NCBI GenBank assembly: GCA_017416245.1
Contig: JAFQCX010000022.1
Coordinates: 7,295 to 71,294 of the forward strand
DNA from: Oscillospiraceae bacterium
Lineage (GTDB): Bacteria; Bacillota; Clostridia; Oscillospirales; Oscillospiraceae
Length of the DNA: 64,000 bases
Direction of reading: 5' to 3'
In this document: piece by piece, positions 20,491 to 29,723 of the stretch
How the letters are laid out: each line of letters begins with the position of its first letter
Numbering within the stretch: position 1 is the stretch's first letter
Notes under the pieces: generated by a model
Databases searched by the model: none
What the model was told of the DNA's origin: nothing
Seen by the model: the letters and a program-made list of their open reading frames with translations, nothing else
Program-made: the position numbers and the translations under genes

Positions 20491-21690
20491 TTAAGCTTCC
20501 AGGTTGATGCCGGTTTCCTTGTTGAACACGTGGCAGTTGTGGCCGCCGAAATCGAAGTTCACAGCGGTGCCGGCCTTCATGGCAGCAACCTCAGCCTCGC
20601 TCATATCCATAGTGGAGATAACAGCGATGATGTCCTTGCCGTGGGTGTTCACGTGCAGGTGGACGGAAGAGCCCATCATTTCGTGCACATCGATCTTGCC
20701 GTCAACGCCGGTGTCACCGACGGTGATGTGCTCAGGACGGACGCCCAGAGTGATCTCCTGCTCGGCTACATCATTTGCAGCCAGCTTTGCCTGCTTGTCT
20801 TCGCTCAGCTCAACTACGTGGCCATACAGATCAACAGCATACTTGCCGTCCTTCTTGATGAGCTTTGCATCGAAGAAGTTCATCTGAGGAGAGCCAATGA
20901 AGCCTGCAACGAACAGGTTGTAGGGGTGGTTAAACACTTCCTGAGGAGTGCCGATCTGCTGGATGAAGCCGTCCTTCATAATGACGATACGGTCGCCCAG
21001 AGTCATAGCCTCGGTCTGGTCGTGGGTAACGTAAATAAATGTGGTGTTGATACGCTCGCGGAGCTTGATGATCTCTGCACGCATCTGGTTACGCAGCTTG
21101 GCGTCCAAGTTGGACAGAGGTTCGTCCATCAGGAAGACCTGAGGGTCACGAACGATCGCACGGCCGATAGCCACACGCTGACGCTGACCGCCGGACAGAG
21201 CCTTAGGCTTACGGCCCAGGTACTCGGTGATGTCCAGGATCTCGGCTGCCTGCTTAACCTTCTTATCGATCTCGCCCTTGGGAGTCTTGCGTAGCTTCAG
21301 AGCAAATGCCATGTTATCGTACACAGTCATGTGGGGATACAGAGCATAGTTCTGGAAGACCATTGCGATATCGCGGTCCTTAGGTGCTACGTCGTTGACC
21401 AGCTTGTTGCCGATCCACAGCTCGCCTTCGGTGATCTCTTCCAGACCTGCGACCATACGCAGAGTAGTGGACTTACCACAGCCGGAGGGACCAACCAGAA
21501 CGATGAATTCCTTGTCAGCGATCTCCAGGTTGAACTGCTGCACAGCCACGACGCCCTTGTCAGTAATCTGCAGGTTGGTCTTCTTGGTTTCGCCTTCGTT
21601 CTTTCTTCTGGCGCGCTTCTTGGCGGCTTTCTCATCGTCACCGCTGTAGGGGTAGATCTTCATTACGTTTTTCAGGGTTACAGTTGCCAT
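20491..21690 (-). CDS. msmX: Orphan multiple-sugar ABC ATPase (MsmX/MalK/UgpC type)
   Basis: GPSGCGKST, FQNYALYPHM, LSGGQRQ and DEPLSNLD motifs; C-terminal OB domains; no adjacent permeases. Confidence 0.9.
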   Translation of the reverse strand: MATVTLKNVMKIYPYSGDDEKAAKKRARRKNEGETKKTNLQITDKGVVAVQQFNLEIADKEFIVLVGPSGCGKSTTLRMVAGLEEITEGELWIGNKLVNDVAPKDRDIAMVFQNYALYPHMTVYDNMAFALKLRKTPKGEIDKKVKQAAEILDITEYLGRKPKALSGGQRQRVAIGRAIVRDPQVFLMDEPLSNLDAKLRNQMRAEIIKLRERINTTFIYVTHDQTEAMTLGDRIVIMKDGFIQQIGTPQEVFNHPYNLFVAGFIGSPQMNFFDAKLIKKDGKYAVDLYGHVVELSEDKQAKLAANDVAEQEITLGVRPEHITVGDTGVDGKIDVHEMMGSSVHLHVNTHGKDIIAVISTMDMSEAEVAAMKAGTAVNFDFGGHNCHVFNKETGINLEA

Positions 21691-21870
21691 GTTTTTCCGA
21701 CTCTAAATGTACCGATCCTTTCGCGTACATTCTTACATTCCGGAAAGCAGAATTCCGGATGCTTTACGACAGGTCTCCACACTGCCGCACCGTGAGTCTA
21801 ACGGGTAAATTTCCTCCTTTTTTTACGTCATGGACACTATTTTGTGGAGTAGAGCCCATGCGTTGGGATA
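21691..21870 (-). promoter_or_regulatory. Structured 5' leader of msmX (candidate malK-type cis-regulatory RNA)
   Basis: Promoter TTGACG(21904)-17-TATCAT; several complementary stems; SD aaaggagg at 21813-21820 lies over 120 nt from the AUG. Confidence 0.7.
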
Positions 21871-21961
21871 CTAGTATGATATCATAACTTTTTCCAGCCG
21901 TCAACTGTGCTTTTTGCAGAAGTCGACAGGGTTTTTTATTAAGTTTTCTGCGTATTTTTTG

Positions 21962-23239
21962 TCATTTTACCGAAAAACTGCCATCTTTTGCTGTTGTCAG
22001 CTCTGCGCCGTAGTATGCTGCCATAGCATCCACAAGATAGCCCACGTCCTTTACCCCTGCGGTTTCATAGCAGGAGTGCATAGCCAGCTGAGCCAAACCG
22101 ATGTCCACGCTGGGCACTGCCACCTGGGAAAGGGAAACATTGCCCAGGGTAGAGCCGCCGGCAATGTCTGCCCGGTTGCAGTAGGTCTGCACCGGCACAT
22201 TGGCTTTTTCGCAGATCTTGCGGAAGATAGCTGCGGACAGGCCATCGGTGGTATACCGCTGATTGGCATTGAACTTCACCACAACGCCGCCGTTCATTAC
22301 AGGGGCGTTGGCAGGATCGGCGTATTCCGGGTGGTTAGGATGCTGGGCATGGGCATTGTCTGCAGATACCAGGAAAGAGCCTGCAAGCTGGCGGCTTTTG
22401 TCCAAACCGAGAACAGCGCAAATGCGGGAAACGGCGCTCTCCAGCAGATCAGACCCTGCACCCTGATAGGAAGAAGAGCCTACCTCTTCATTGTCGAACA
22501 CGCACAGCACAGGAATATTTCCCGTTTCCTTTGCCTGTAAAAAGCCCTGGGCGCAGCCCCACACGCACTGCAGATCATCCAATGCCTGGGCGGAAATGAA
22601 CTCCCCGTTCATACCCCACACGCTGGATGGCTGACGCACATACAGATACAGATCGTGGCCTAAGATCCTGCCGCCGGCAAGGGTTTCCACCGCTTGCCAG
22701 AAGTCAGCCGTTTCCTTGTCGCCCAAAAGGGGGATCGTATCTGTGGCAGGATTCCACTTATAGCCATCGTTGGCATTGCGATTCATATGGATCGCCACAT
22801 TGGGCATCAGCAGCAAATCCCGGTCTATATCCACCAAACGGCTTTGGATACCGTCCTCGGTTTCCACCAGTACCCGTCCGGCAACAGAAAGGGGTCTGTC
22901 CAGCCAGGGCGCTATCAGCATACCGCCGTAGCGCTCCACCGCCAGGCGGGTATATTGCCCCTTCAGCACCGCATTTTCCTTGACCTTAAAGCAAGGGCGG
23001 TCTGTGTGGCTGGCGGAGATCAAAAAGCCCTTGGGCGCGCCTTCCGGCAGGCGGAACGCCACCAGGGAGCTGTCGTTACGCATAAGGTAATACTTGCCGC
23101 CGGCTTTTATCTGCCAGTCGTTCCCTTCCTGCAGGCGGCAATAACCGGCGCGCTCCAGTTCTTCCTTTATGAGCGCCGCTGCGTGATAAACGCTATGCGC
23201 CTTGTCTAAAAAGCTACGTAAGCCGTTAACCCGATCCAT
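21962..23239 (-). CDS. M18 family aminopeptidase
   Basis: SHTD, WLDRPL, LDD, DNEEVGS, SADNAHA and GGSTLG motifs. Confidence 0.93.
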   Translation of the reverse strand: MDRVNGLRSFLDKAHSVYHAAALIKEELERAGYCRLQEGNDWQIKAGGKYYLMRNDSSLVAFRLPEGAPKGFLISASHTDRPCFKVKENAVLKGQYTRLAVERYGGMLIAPWLDRPLSVAGRVLVETEDGIQSRLVDIDRDLLLMPNVAIHMNRNANDGYKWNPATDTIPLLGDKETADFWQAVETLAGGRILGHDLYLYVRQPSSVWGMNGEFISAQALDDLQCVWGCAQGFLQAKETGNIPVLCVFDNEEVGSSSYQGAGSDLLESAVSRICAVLGLDKSRQLAGSFLVSADNAHAQHPNHPEYADPANAPVMNGGVVVKFNANQRYTTDGLSAAIFRKICEKANVPVQTYCNRADIAGGSTLGNVSLSQVAVPSVDIGLAQLAMHSCYETAGVKDVGYLVDAMAAYYGAELTTAKDGSFSVK

Positions 23240-23319
23240 AGTTTTTCCTCCAAAGTGTTTTCTTTATTTTAATAGATATTTTGCTTTCCGTCAACCTGGA
23301 TCGCCAAAAGTTTTCCACA

Positions 23320-23445
23320 GGTCGAATTATGTCGAAATGTTCGGTTTTCTCCTAGTTTTATTGTTTTTTGTCGTTTTTTGTCGATAAATTATTCACATTT
23401 TTCCTTGCAAAAAGTCCACAGATATGCTAAATTATATTTGTCGCA
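23320..23445 (+). promoter_or_regulatory. spo0A promoter with clustered 0A boxes
   Basis: GGTCGAA 23320, TGTCGAA 23330, TGTCGTT 23369, TGTCGAT 23379, TGTCGCA 23439; TTGCAA(23405)-17-TAAATT with extended TG. Confidence 0.75.
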
Positions 23446-23507
23446 ACGCGGTAGGCCGTCTACCACAAACCTAGGGGAATATCTTCATTATGTCAGGAGA
23501 GGAATTT

Positions 23508-24284
23508 ATGGACAATCACACCTGTGTCATCATCGCAGACAACTCGGAGGAGTTCTGCAACAGCCTTACCGCCGCCCTACATCAAACAGACCGCTTTCAG
23601 GTCATCGACACCGCCAGTGACGGGGAGCGCACCGTCAAGCTGGTGACCGAGCGCAAGCCTGATATTCTGGTTTTGGATATGATGCTGGCAAAGAAGGACG
23701 GCATCGGCGTTCTGAAGGCCATCAGTGCTATGGAACGCAAGCCCACCGTGCTGGCCACATCCGGCTTTATCACCGATTACGTGGCATCTGCCGCCGCCAA
23801 TTTGGGTGTGCGATATCTGATGCTGAAGCCCTGTGATATGAGCGCTTTGGTGGAACGTTTGGAGGAGATCCGTGGTGGGGAGAGCCTGCGGGTGCCTGCA
23901 AGCCGTCACGCCGGTCAGCAGAATATTGAAACTATGGTCACCAACATCATTCACGAGATCGGTGTACCCGCCCACATTAAGGGCTACCAGTATCTGCGGG
24001 AGGCCATCATTATCGCCGTGGAGGATATGGATGTGATCAACGCGATCACCAAGATCCTCTATCCCCAGGTAGCAAAGACCTTCCAGACTACTCCCTCCCG
24101 TGTGGAGCGCGCTATCCGCCACGCCATCGAGGTGGCCTGGGACAGAGGCGACCTGGACACCCTGCAAAAATTCTTTGGCTATACGGTTTCCAATACCAAG
24201 GGAAAACCGACAAATTCCGAGTTTATCGCGCTGATTGCAGACAAGCTGCAGCTGCAGATGAAATCCGCCAGCGTTGCATATTGA
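23508..24284 (+). CDS. spo0A: Sporulation master regulator Spo0A
   Basis: Receiver domain plus [29 protein letters not shown] and KPTNSEFIA motifs. Confidence 0.97.
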   Translation: MDNHTCVIIADNSEEFCNSLTAALHQTDRFQVIDTASDGERTVKLVTERKPDILVLDMMLAKKDGIGVLKAISAMERKPTVLATSGFITDYVASAAANLGVRYLMLKPCDMSALVERLEEIRGGESLRVPASRHAGQQNIETMVTNIIHEIGVPAHIKGYQYLREAIIIAVEDMDVINAITKILYPQVAKTFQTTPSRVERAIRHAIEVAWDRGDLDTLQKFFGYTVSNTKGKPTNSEFIALIADKLQLQMKSASVAY

Positions 24285-24399
24285 TAAGAACGCAGCCACC
24301 TTTTGGTGGCTGCGTTCTTGCGTTGTTGACAGCACTATTTTGTTGGGATATAATGGGAGTATCCCTTGTGAAACATTTAGTTCGAGGAGAAAAAGAGAT

Positions 24400-25584
24400 A
24401 TGAAAAAGACATTTGCATTGATCCTGGCGCTGGTTATGGTGCTATCCCTCGCGGCTTGTGGCAAAAACAAAGATAATTTTGCTACCGAAGGCAACACAGA
24501 ATCATCCGCCAACACAACCGAAGCAAGCAGCACCGAGAACAGTTCTCTAGACGCTACCCCAAACACGTCTGACAACACTGCAGACAATACCACTGAAAAC
24601 ACCGATGGCAATGCCGTTGAAGGCACAAACAACGCTCCCAACACCAACGCTAGCAGCAACCCGAACGGTAACGCAGCCAATAATACTGGCAGCAGTAATA
24701 CCAGTAACAACAATCCCCCCAGCAAACAGCCCGAATCCCATACGCATAAATACACATCCAAGATAATTGCTCCCACCTGTACAGCAGGCGGCTATACTAT
24801 ATACACTTGCGCTTGTGGTCATTCTTATAATGCCAACTATACCAATCCTACAAACCACACTTATTCAAAAAAAGTAACTGCCGCAACGTGCACAACACAG
24901 GGCTATACCACATACACCTGCACATGCGGTCATTCCTATATTGGAGATCAAACACAACCTGCCGGCCACAAATATAAAGAAGCAACCTGCTCGCAGCCAA
25001 AAACCTGCTCTGTGTGTAATAAAACAGAAGGGACAACTGTAGCGCACGTTTTAAATACAAACAAAGTTTGCAAATGGTGCAATCAGGTAGTGGCAGTTAA
25101 TCCCAGTAATTTTAACGCAAATATCGCCTATACATATCTCGGAAAGCGTTATAACGGAGCAGCTTTCGGCCTTGGCGGTGAGTTGCAAGATGTTGATTGT
25201 TATGTTTGGACGTGCTTGAATTTTCAAAACGAACCTTACTATATGAGCCGCCAAGCAGGCGTATATTATGAATCAGACTCACCCGTAGATGGCACCGGAT
25301 ATACACTGCCCCACCACCATAACGGGAAATACTATTACAACATCGCACAAGCATCCTGGTTTGGTGGCGAAACAACATACCAAATTGTTGGTTCTGAAAT
25401 TGTAGTCCACTTTGCCAGTGAAGGTGAAGAGACCGCTAATACGATCCACTTTGCCGTCTTATCCGATGGCACGCTAAAAGTTACCGCTATTTATGGCTAC
25501 GATTTGCCTGAGAAAGCAAAAATACCAGTTGGTGCCATCTTCTACCCAAATGACAATCCATACCCGCAGCGCCACACATATTGA
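24400..25584 (+). CDS. Lipoprotein with Asn/Thr/Ser linker and His/Cys (PTCT-type) repeats
   Basis: Lipobox LAAC; repeated H-x-Y...TCT..GY..YTC.CG; TTGACA-17-TATAAT promoter upstream; atypical codon usage. Confidence 0.8.
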   Translation: MKKTFALILALVMVLSLAACGKNKDNFATEGNTESSANTTEASSTENSSLDATPNTSDNTADNTTENTDGNAVEGTNNAPNTNASSNPNGNAANNTGSSNTSNNNPPSKQPESHTHKYTSKIIAPTCTAGGYTIYTCACGHSYNANYTNPTNHTYSKKVTAATCTTQGYTTYTCTCGHSYIGDQTQPAGHKYKEATCSQPKTCSVCNKTEGTTVAHVLNTNKVCKWCNQVVAVNPSNFNANIAYTYLGKRYNGAAFGLGGELQDVDCYVWTCLNFQNEPYYMSRQAGVYYESDSPVDGTGYTLPHHHNGKYYYNIAQASWFGGETTYQIVGSEIVVHFASEGEETANTIHFAVLSDGTLKVTAIYGYDLPEKAKIPVGAIFYPNDNPYPQRHTY

Positions 25585-25674
25585 CGCAAAACAGCCCTGC
25601 GTGAGCAGGGCTGTTGACATATTTTGGCAGGCAGGATATAATGGGTACAGAAACACGAAAGGAGCTTTAACACT

Positions 25675-25959
25675 ATGGAAAACGAAGAAATCCTGCAGGA
25701 GGAAGAAGAATCCATTCTGACCCTCACCGACGAGAACGGTGAAGATATGAACTTTGAATACCTGGATTGCATCGAATATGAGGGCACTGAGTATCTGGTG
25801 CTGATGCCCGAGGAATCCAACGAGATCGTCATTCTGGAGATCCAGCCTGTTGACGAGGAAAACGAAAACTACGTGGCTGTGGAGAATGAAGACATTCTGG
25901 ATGCGGTTTACGGCATTTTCAAGGAGCGCTACAAGGACGTTCTGGAATTTGAGGACTAA
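25675..25959 (+). CDS. DUF1292 family acidic protein
   Basis: ILTLTDENGEDMNFE..D.IEYEG.EYLVL pattern; own TTGACA-17-TATAAT promoter. Confidence 0.85.
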   Translation: MENEEILQEEEESILTLTDENGEDMNFEYLDCIEYEGTEYLVLMPEESNEIVILEIQPVDEENENYVAVENEDILDAVYGIFKERYKDVLEFED

Positions 25960-26011
25960 AGAAAATCGGGTGTGTAATTTACACGCCCGATTTTTTACAT
26001 TTGTTGTCCTT

Positions 26012-26050
26012 GGAGATTGCCACGGGCGGCAAGCCGCCCTCGCAATGACA
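26012..26050 (-). repeat. TGTC/CGTC-tagged palindromic repeat
   Basis: ggagattgccac-gggcggcaagccgccc-tcgcaatgaca; 38 bp identical to 54204-54241. Confidence 0.85.
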
Positions 26051-26057
26051 GTTGTGA

Positions 26058-26561
26058 TTATGCTAAGAATTGCTTCAGAGGCTTATTCTTGTTAAGGACA
26101 TAGTACAGCGCCGTACCTAAAGTCAGCAGCACTGCTGCCTCCCCTATGGCAACATAAAAGGCATTGAGCCAAAAACCGCCGCCAATATATGCCGTCAGCT
26201 CCCAACCCACCAAAAAGGCATTGGTGATTGCCGGCAGCGCCATAGAAAGCAGCGGGTAGCCTTTCACCGTTACCTTTCGCAGGGCATACATACCTGCCGT
26301 CGCCAGCAAGGTGGCCAGGCTTCCCACCAGAAAATCCAGCGGCAGCGCTCCGGCAAAGCTGATATTAAACAGCAGGCAGCCCAGGGTCAAGCCGGGGATC
26401 GCCGCGGGGGTAAACAGCGCCAGCACACACAGCGCCTCCGACGCACGGAACTGGATCGCCCAGGTGGCAGAGCCGGGGATCAGGGCATTTTGCAAATACG
26501 TCAGCGCCACATAGAGCGCTGCGATCAGCGCGCCAAAAGCTAAAAATCGACTTTTCTTCAT
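26058..26561 (-). CDS. queT: QueT family queuosine-precursor transporter
   Basis: ALIAALYVALT, IQFRASEAL and PAAIPGLTLGC motifs; upstream preQ1 riboswitch; alternative in-frame GTG at 26624. Confidence 0.9.
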   Translation of the reverse strand: MKKSRFLAFGALIAALYVALTYLQNALIPGSATWAIQFRASEALCVLALFTPAAIPGLTLGCLLFNISFAGALPLDFLVGSLATLLATAGMYALRKVTVKGYPLLSMALPAITNAFLVGWELTAYIGGGFWLNAFYVAIGEAAVLLTLGTALYYVLNKNKPLKQFLA

Positions 26562-26653
26562 AGTATTCTCCAACAAAAAATGGGCACTTTTCGTGCCCAC
26601 AAAAAATGAGCGCAATGCGCCCACCTAAGCAGTACCTCCAAGTATAACTTCTT

Positions 26654-26748
26654 TGTCATTTCAAGCCAGCGCATACTGGTGCAGGAACCTCGAAACATTC
26701 GCTGGAGATTGCCACACCAGTGACATCGGTCACTGGTTCGCAATGACA
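26654..26748. repeat. Inverted pair of TGTC-tagged repeats (one degenerate) in the queT leader
   Basis: tgtcatttcaag...gaacctc (26654-26691) faces ggagattgccac...tcgcaatgaca (26704-26748). Confidence 0.75.
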
Positions 26749-26775
26749 CACTTGTTTGGTATTGCCTTTGAATCC

Positions 26776-26813
26776 GTAGTTTTATTTACCGACAGGATGG
26801 TCACGAACTGTCC
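26776..26813 (-). ncRNA. preQ1-I riboswitch aptamer
   Basis: Minus strand GACAG-UUCG-UGACCAUC-CUGUC-GGUAAAUAAAACUA: 5-bp stem, UUCG..CCAUC loop, A-rich tail ending CUA; upstream of queT. Confidence 0.9.
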
Positions 26814-26949
26814 TATAAAATTTTCTTCATTATATACAGTTTTTGCGGGCCTGTCAATCGTGAATTTTCTGTAACATCCACAGTTCGCCCTTGCTCTTTT
26901 TAGCCGCTGTGCTATAATATGATTACTATGTGTCAATCAGGTGATTTCT

Positions 26950-27831
26950 ATGAAAAAAATGCTATTGATCCTCAATCCCCGCGCCGGTACGAAAAAGGCC
27001 AACAAGGTGCTGGCGGATATCCTTTCGGTTTTCAACCGGGCTGATTATAACGTGCAGGTCTACATTACCGCAGGCCCTAAAGACGCCATTTCCGCCATCA
27101 AGCAATTTGCCCCGGAAAAGGATCTGGTGGTCTGCTGCGGTGGTGACGGCACCTTTAACGAAACCGTTACCGGATTGATGGAAGCCGGTCTTGACCTGCC
27201 CATCGGCTATATTCCTTCCGGCTCTACCAACGATTTTGCCAACTCTTTAGGCCTATCCTCTGACCCTGTTACCGCTGCCAAAGACATTGTCAGCGGTGCA
27301 ACCGTGCAGCTGGATGTAGGCAAATTCGGCGACTGCTATTTTTCTTATGTTGCCTCCTTCGGCGCTTTTACAAAAGCTAGCTATGCCACCCCGCAAAACG
27401 TAAAAAACGCCTTGGGTCACACTGCCTACTTGCTGGAGGGCATTCACGAGTTGTCGCAAATCCGCAAAACCCGTTTGCGCATCGAGCTGGGCAACGAGGT
27501 GCTGGAGGACGATTATCTGTTCGGCGCAGTATGCAATTCCACCAGCATCGGCGGCATTCTTACCATTGATCCCCAGCAGGTGGATATGGGTGACGGTATG
27601 TTCGAGGTGCTGCTGGTACGGGCGCCCCGGGATCTGACAGAAATTACTGAGTGCATTCTTGCGGTGCAAAAGCAGCAGTATAACTGCCGTATGATGACCT
27701 TCCGCAGTGTGCAAAGCATTAAGATCACCGCAGATAAGGACATCCGCTGGACGTTAGACGGCGAAAAAGCACCCAGCTGCGCTGAAATTTCCATTACCAA
27801 CCTCCACCACGCCATCCATTTGGTCAAATAA
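26950..27831 (+). CDS. YegS/BmrU family diacylglycerol/lipid kinase
   Basis: NPRAG, GGDGT, GSTNDFA and LDGE motifs. Confidence 0.9.
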   Translation: MKKMLLILNPRAGTKKANKVLADILSVFNRADYNVQVYITAGPKDAISAIKQFAPEKDLVVCCGGDGTFNETVTGLMEAGLDLPIGYIPSGSTNDFANSLGLSSDPVTAAKDIVSGATVQLDVGKFGDCYFSYVASFGAFTKASYATPQNVKNALGHTAYLLEGIHELSQIRKTRLRIELGNEVLEDDYLFGAVCNSTSIGGILTIDPQQVDMGDGMFEVLLVRAPRDLTEITECILAVQKQQYNCRMMTFRSVQSIKITADKDIRWTLDGEKAPSCAEISITNLHHAIHLVK

Positions 27832-27840
27832 GGAGCTGCT

Positions 27841-28311
27841 ATGATCAATTCCACCCTCTGCTATATCACCCGGGGTGACGAGGTGCTGATGCTTCACCGG
27901 GTCAAAAAGAAAAACGATGTGAATCAGGATAAGTGGATCGGCATCGGCGGCAAGTTTGAAAAGGACGAGACCCCTGACGAGTGCCTTTTGCGGGAAGCAA
28001 AGGAAGAAACAGGCTTGACCCTCACAAATTGGAAGTGCCGGGGCGTGGTCACCTTCCTGACCAACGGGCCTTGGGACGGAGAGTATATGTATCTGTTCAC
28101 CGCCGACGGCTTTGAAGGTGAACTGAAAAGCTGTGATGAAGGCGATCTGCAATGGGTCAAGTGGGATTTTCTTGACAGCCTCCCCCAATGGGAGGGAGAT
28201 AAAATCTTCCTGGATCTGTTATGGAAGGATGCACCGTTCTTTCTGCTGAAGCTCCGTTACGATGGGGATAAATTGGTAGAAGCGGTGTTAAACGGAAAAA
28301 GGATAAAATAA
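27841..28311 (+). CDS. NUDIX hydrolase, 8-oxo-dGTP diphosphatase (MutX-like)
   Basis: Nudix box GGKFEKDETPDECLLREAKEETGL; WEGD motif. Confidence 0.88.
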   Translation: MINSTLCYITRGDEVLMLHRVKKKNDVNQDKWIGIGGKFEKDETPDECLLREAKEETGLTLTNWKCRGVVTFLTNGPWDGEYMYLFTADGFEGELKSCDEGDLQWVKWDFLDSLPQWEGDKIFLDLLWKDAPFFLLKLRYDGDKLVEAVLNGKRIK

Positions 28312-28320
28312 CCCTACCCC

Positions 28321-28356
28321 GGAGATTGCCACGTCGCTACGCTCCTCGCAATGACA
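28321..28356 (-). repeat. TGTC-tagged palindromic repeat
   Basis: ggagattgccac-gtcgctacgctcc-tcgcaatgaca. Confidence 0.8.
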
Positions 28357-28403
28357 GAAAAAAGGCACGCTCAACGAGCGTGCCTTTTGGTTTTTGTAGA
28401 GAA

Positions 28404-29723
28404 TCAGTCTTCCTTTGCCTTGGAAACAACCAGGTTGACGATGATGCCCAGGATCAGAGCGCAGGCAATGGAAGTCAGGGTCACCTTACCAAAGGTCAGG
28501 GACAGACCGCCAATACCGGCAATCAAAATCACAGCAACCACGAACAGGTTCTTGCTGGCGCCCAGGTCGACCTTCTGAATCATCTTCAGGCCGGACACGG
28601 CGATAAAGCCGTACAGGGTCATACATACGCCGCCCATTACGCAGTTGGGAATGGAAGCCAGGAAGGTGATGAAGGGGCCAAAGAAGGAGATGATCATACA
28701 CAGGATAGCAGCGGTGGTAATGGTCACCACGGAAGCATTGCGGGTGATAGCAACACAGCCAACGGACTCGCCGTAGGTGGTGTTGGGGCAGCCGCCGAAG
28801 AATGCGCCGGCGATGGAGCCAACGCCGTCACCCAGCAGAGTGCGGTGCAGGCCGGGCTCTTCCAGCAGATCGCTGCCAATGATGGAGGACAGGTTCTTAT
28901 GGTCTGCAATATGCTCGGCAAAAACCACGAAAGCAACGGGGATGTATGCAACAGCTACGGTTGCGATGTAGGTGCCGTCGATTTCCTTGAAGCCCTTGAA
29001 GGCCTCCACGAAGGTAAACTCAGGAACGGCGAAAATCTTCATGTTGTTGAACGCTGCAAAATCAATGACCTTCAGCGCATCATTGCCAGTAGCATTGCCG
29101 ATCACGGTGAAAATAGCAGCAACAACATAGCCAACCAGAATGCCCAAAACAAAGGGGATCAATTTTGCCATCTTCTTACCGTAAACAGAGAACAAGATAA
29201 TAGCAAACAAGGTCACAATGCCACAGATCAGCGCCACGTAGGGGCTGCAACCGGCTACGCGACCGGTAGTCAGGTCGCCTACGGCATTGCCTGCCAGGGA
29301 AAGGCCGATGATAGCAACGGTGGGTCCGATAACCACAGGAGGCATCAGCTTATTGATCCAGTTAACGCCTACCAGCTTAACAACAATCGCGATGACCACA
29401 TATACAAGGCCTGCGAACACAGCGCCCAGCAGGATGCCTGCGAAGCCGGCAGCTGCAGATGCCGCGCCTGCAAAAGCAGCGCCCATAGAGCCCAGGAAGG
29501 CGAAGGAAGAGCCTAAGAACACGGGGCTCTTAAACTTAGTGAACAGCTGGTAAACGATGGTGCCCACGCCTGCGCCGAACAGAGCGGCTGCCTGGCTCAT
29601 ACCGTTACCGATAATAGCAGGAACTGCGATGGTAGCTGCCAGAATTGCCAAAACCTGCTGGAAAGCAAAAATCAGCATCTGGCCGAACTTGGGTTTGTCT
29701 TTGATACCATAGATCAAATTCAT
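28404..29723 (-). CDS. NCS2 family uracil permease (UraA/PyrP-like)
   Basis: FLGSSFAF, EHIAD, LHRTLLGDG and PNTTYGES.G...ITR motifs; start MNLIY. Confidence 0.88.
   Translation of the reverse strand: MNLIYGIKDKPKFGQMLIFAFQQVLAILAATIAVPAIIGNGMSQAAALFGAGVGTIVYQLFTKFKSPVFLGSSFAFLGSMGAAFAGAASAAAGFAGILLGAVFAGLVYVVIAIVVKLVGVNWINKLMPPVVIGPTVAIIGLSLAGNAVGDLTTGRVAGCSPYVALICGIVTLFAIILFSVYGKKMAKLIPFVLGILVGYVVAAIFTVIGNATGNDALKVIDFAAFNNMKIFAVPEFTFVEAFKGFKEIDGTYIATVAVAYIPVAFVVFAEHIADHKNLSSIIGSDLLEEPGLHRTLLGDGVGSIAGAFFGGCPNTTYGESVGCVAITRNASVVTITTAAILCMIISFFGPFITFLASIPNCVMGGVCMTLYGFIAVSGLKMIQKVDLGASKNLFVVAVILIAGIGGLSLTFGKVTLTSIACALILGIIVNLVVSKAKED

Noticed and set aside
26606-26645. Second (preQ1-II-like) aptamer in the queT leader
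   Set aside because: Only CUUGG and GCUUAG fragments match; the complementary CACCAAG strand is absent
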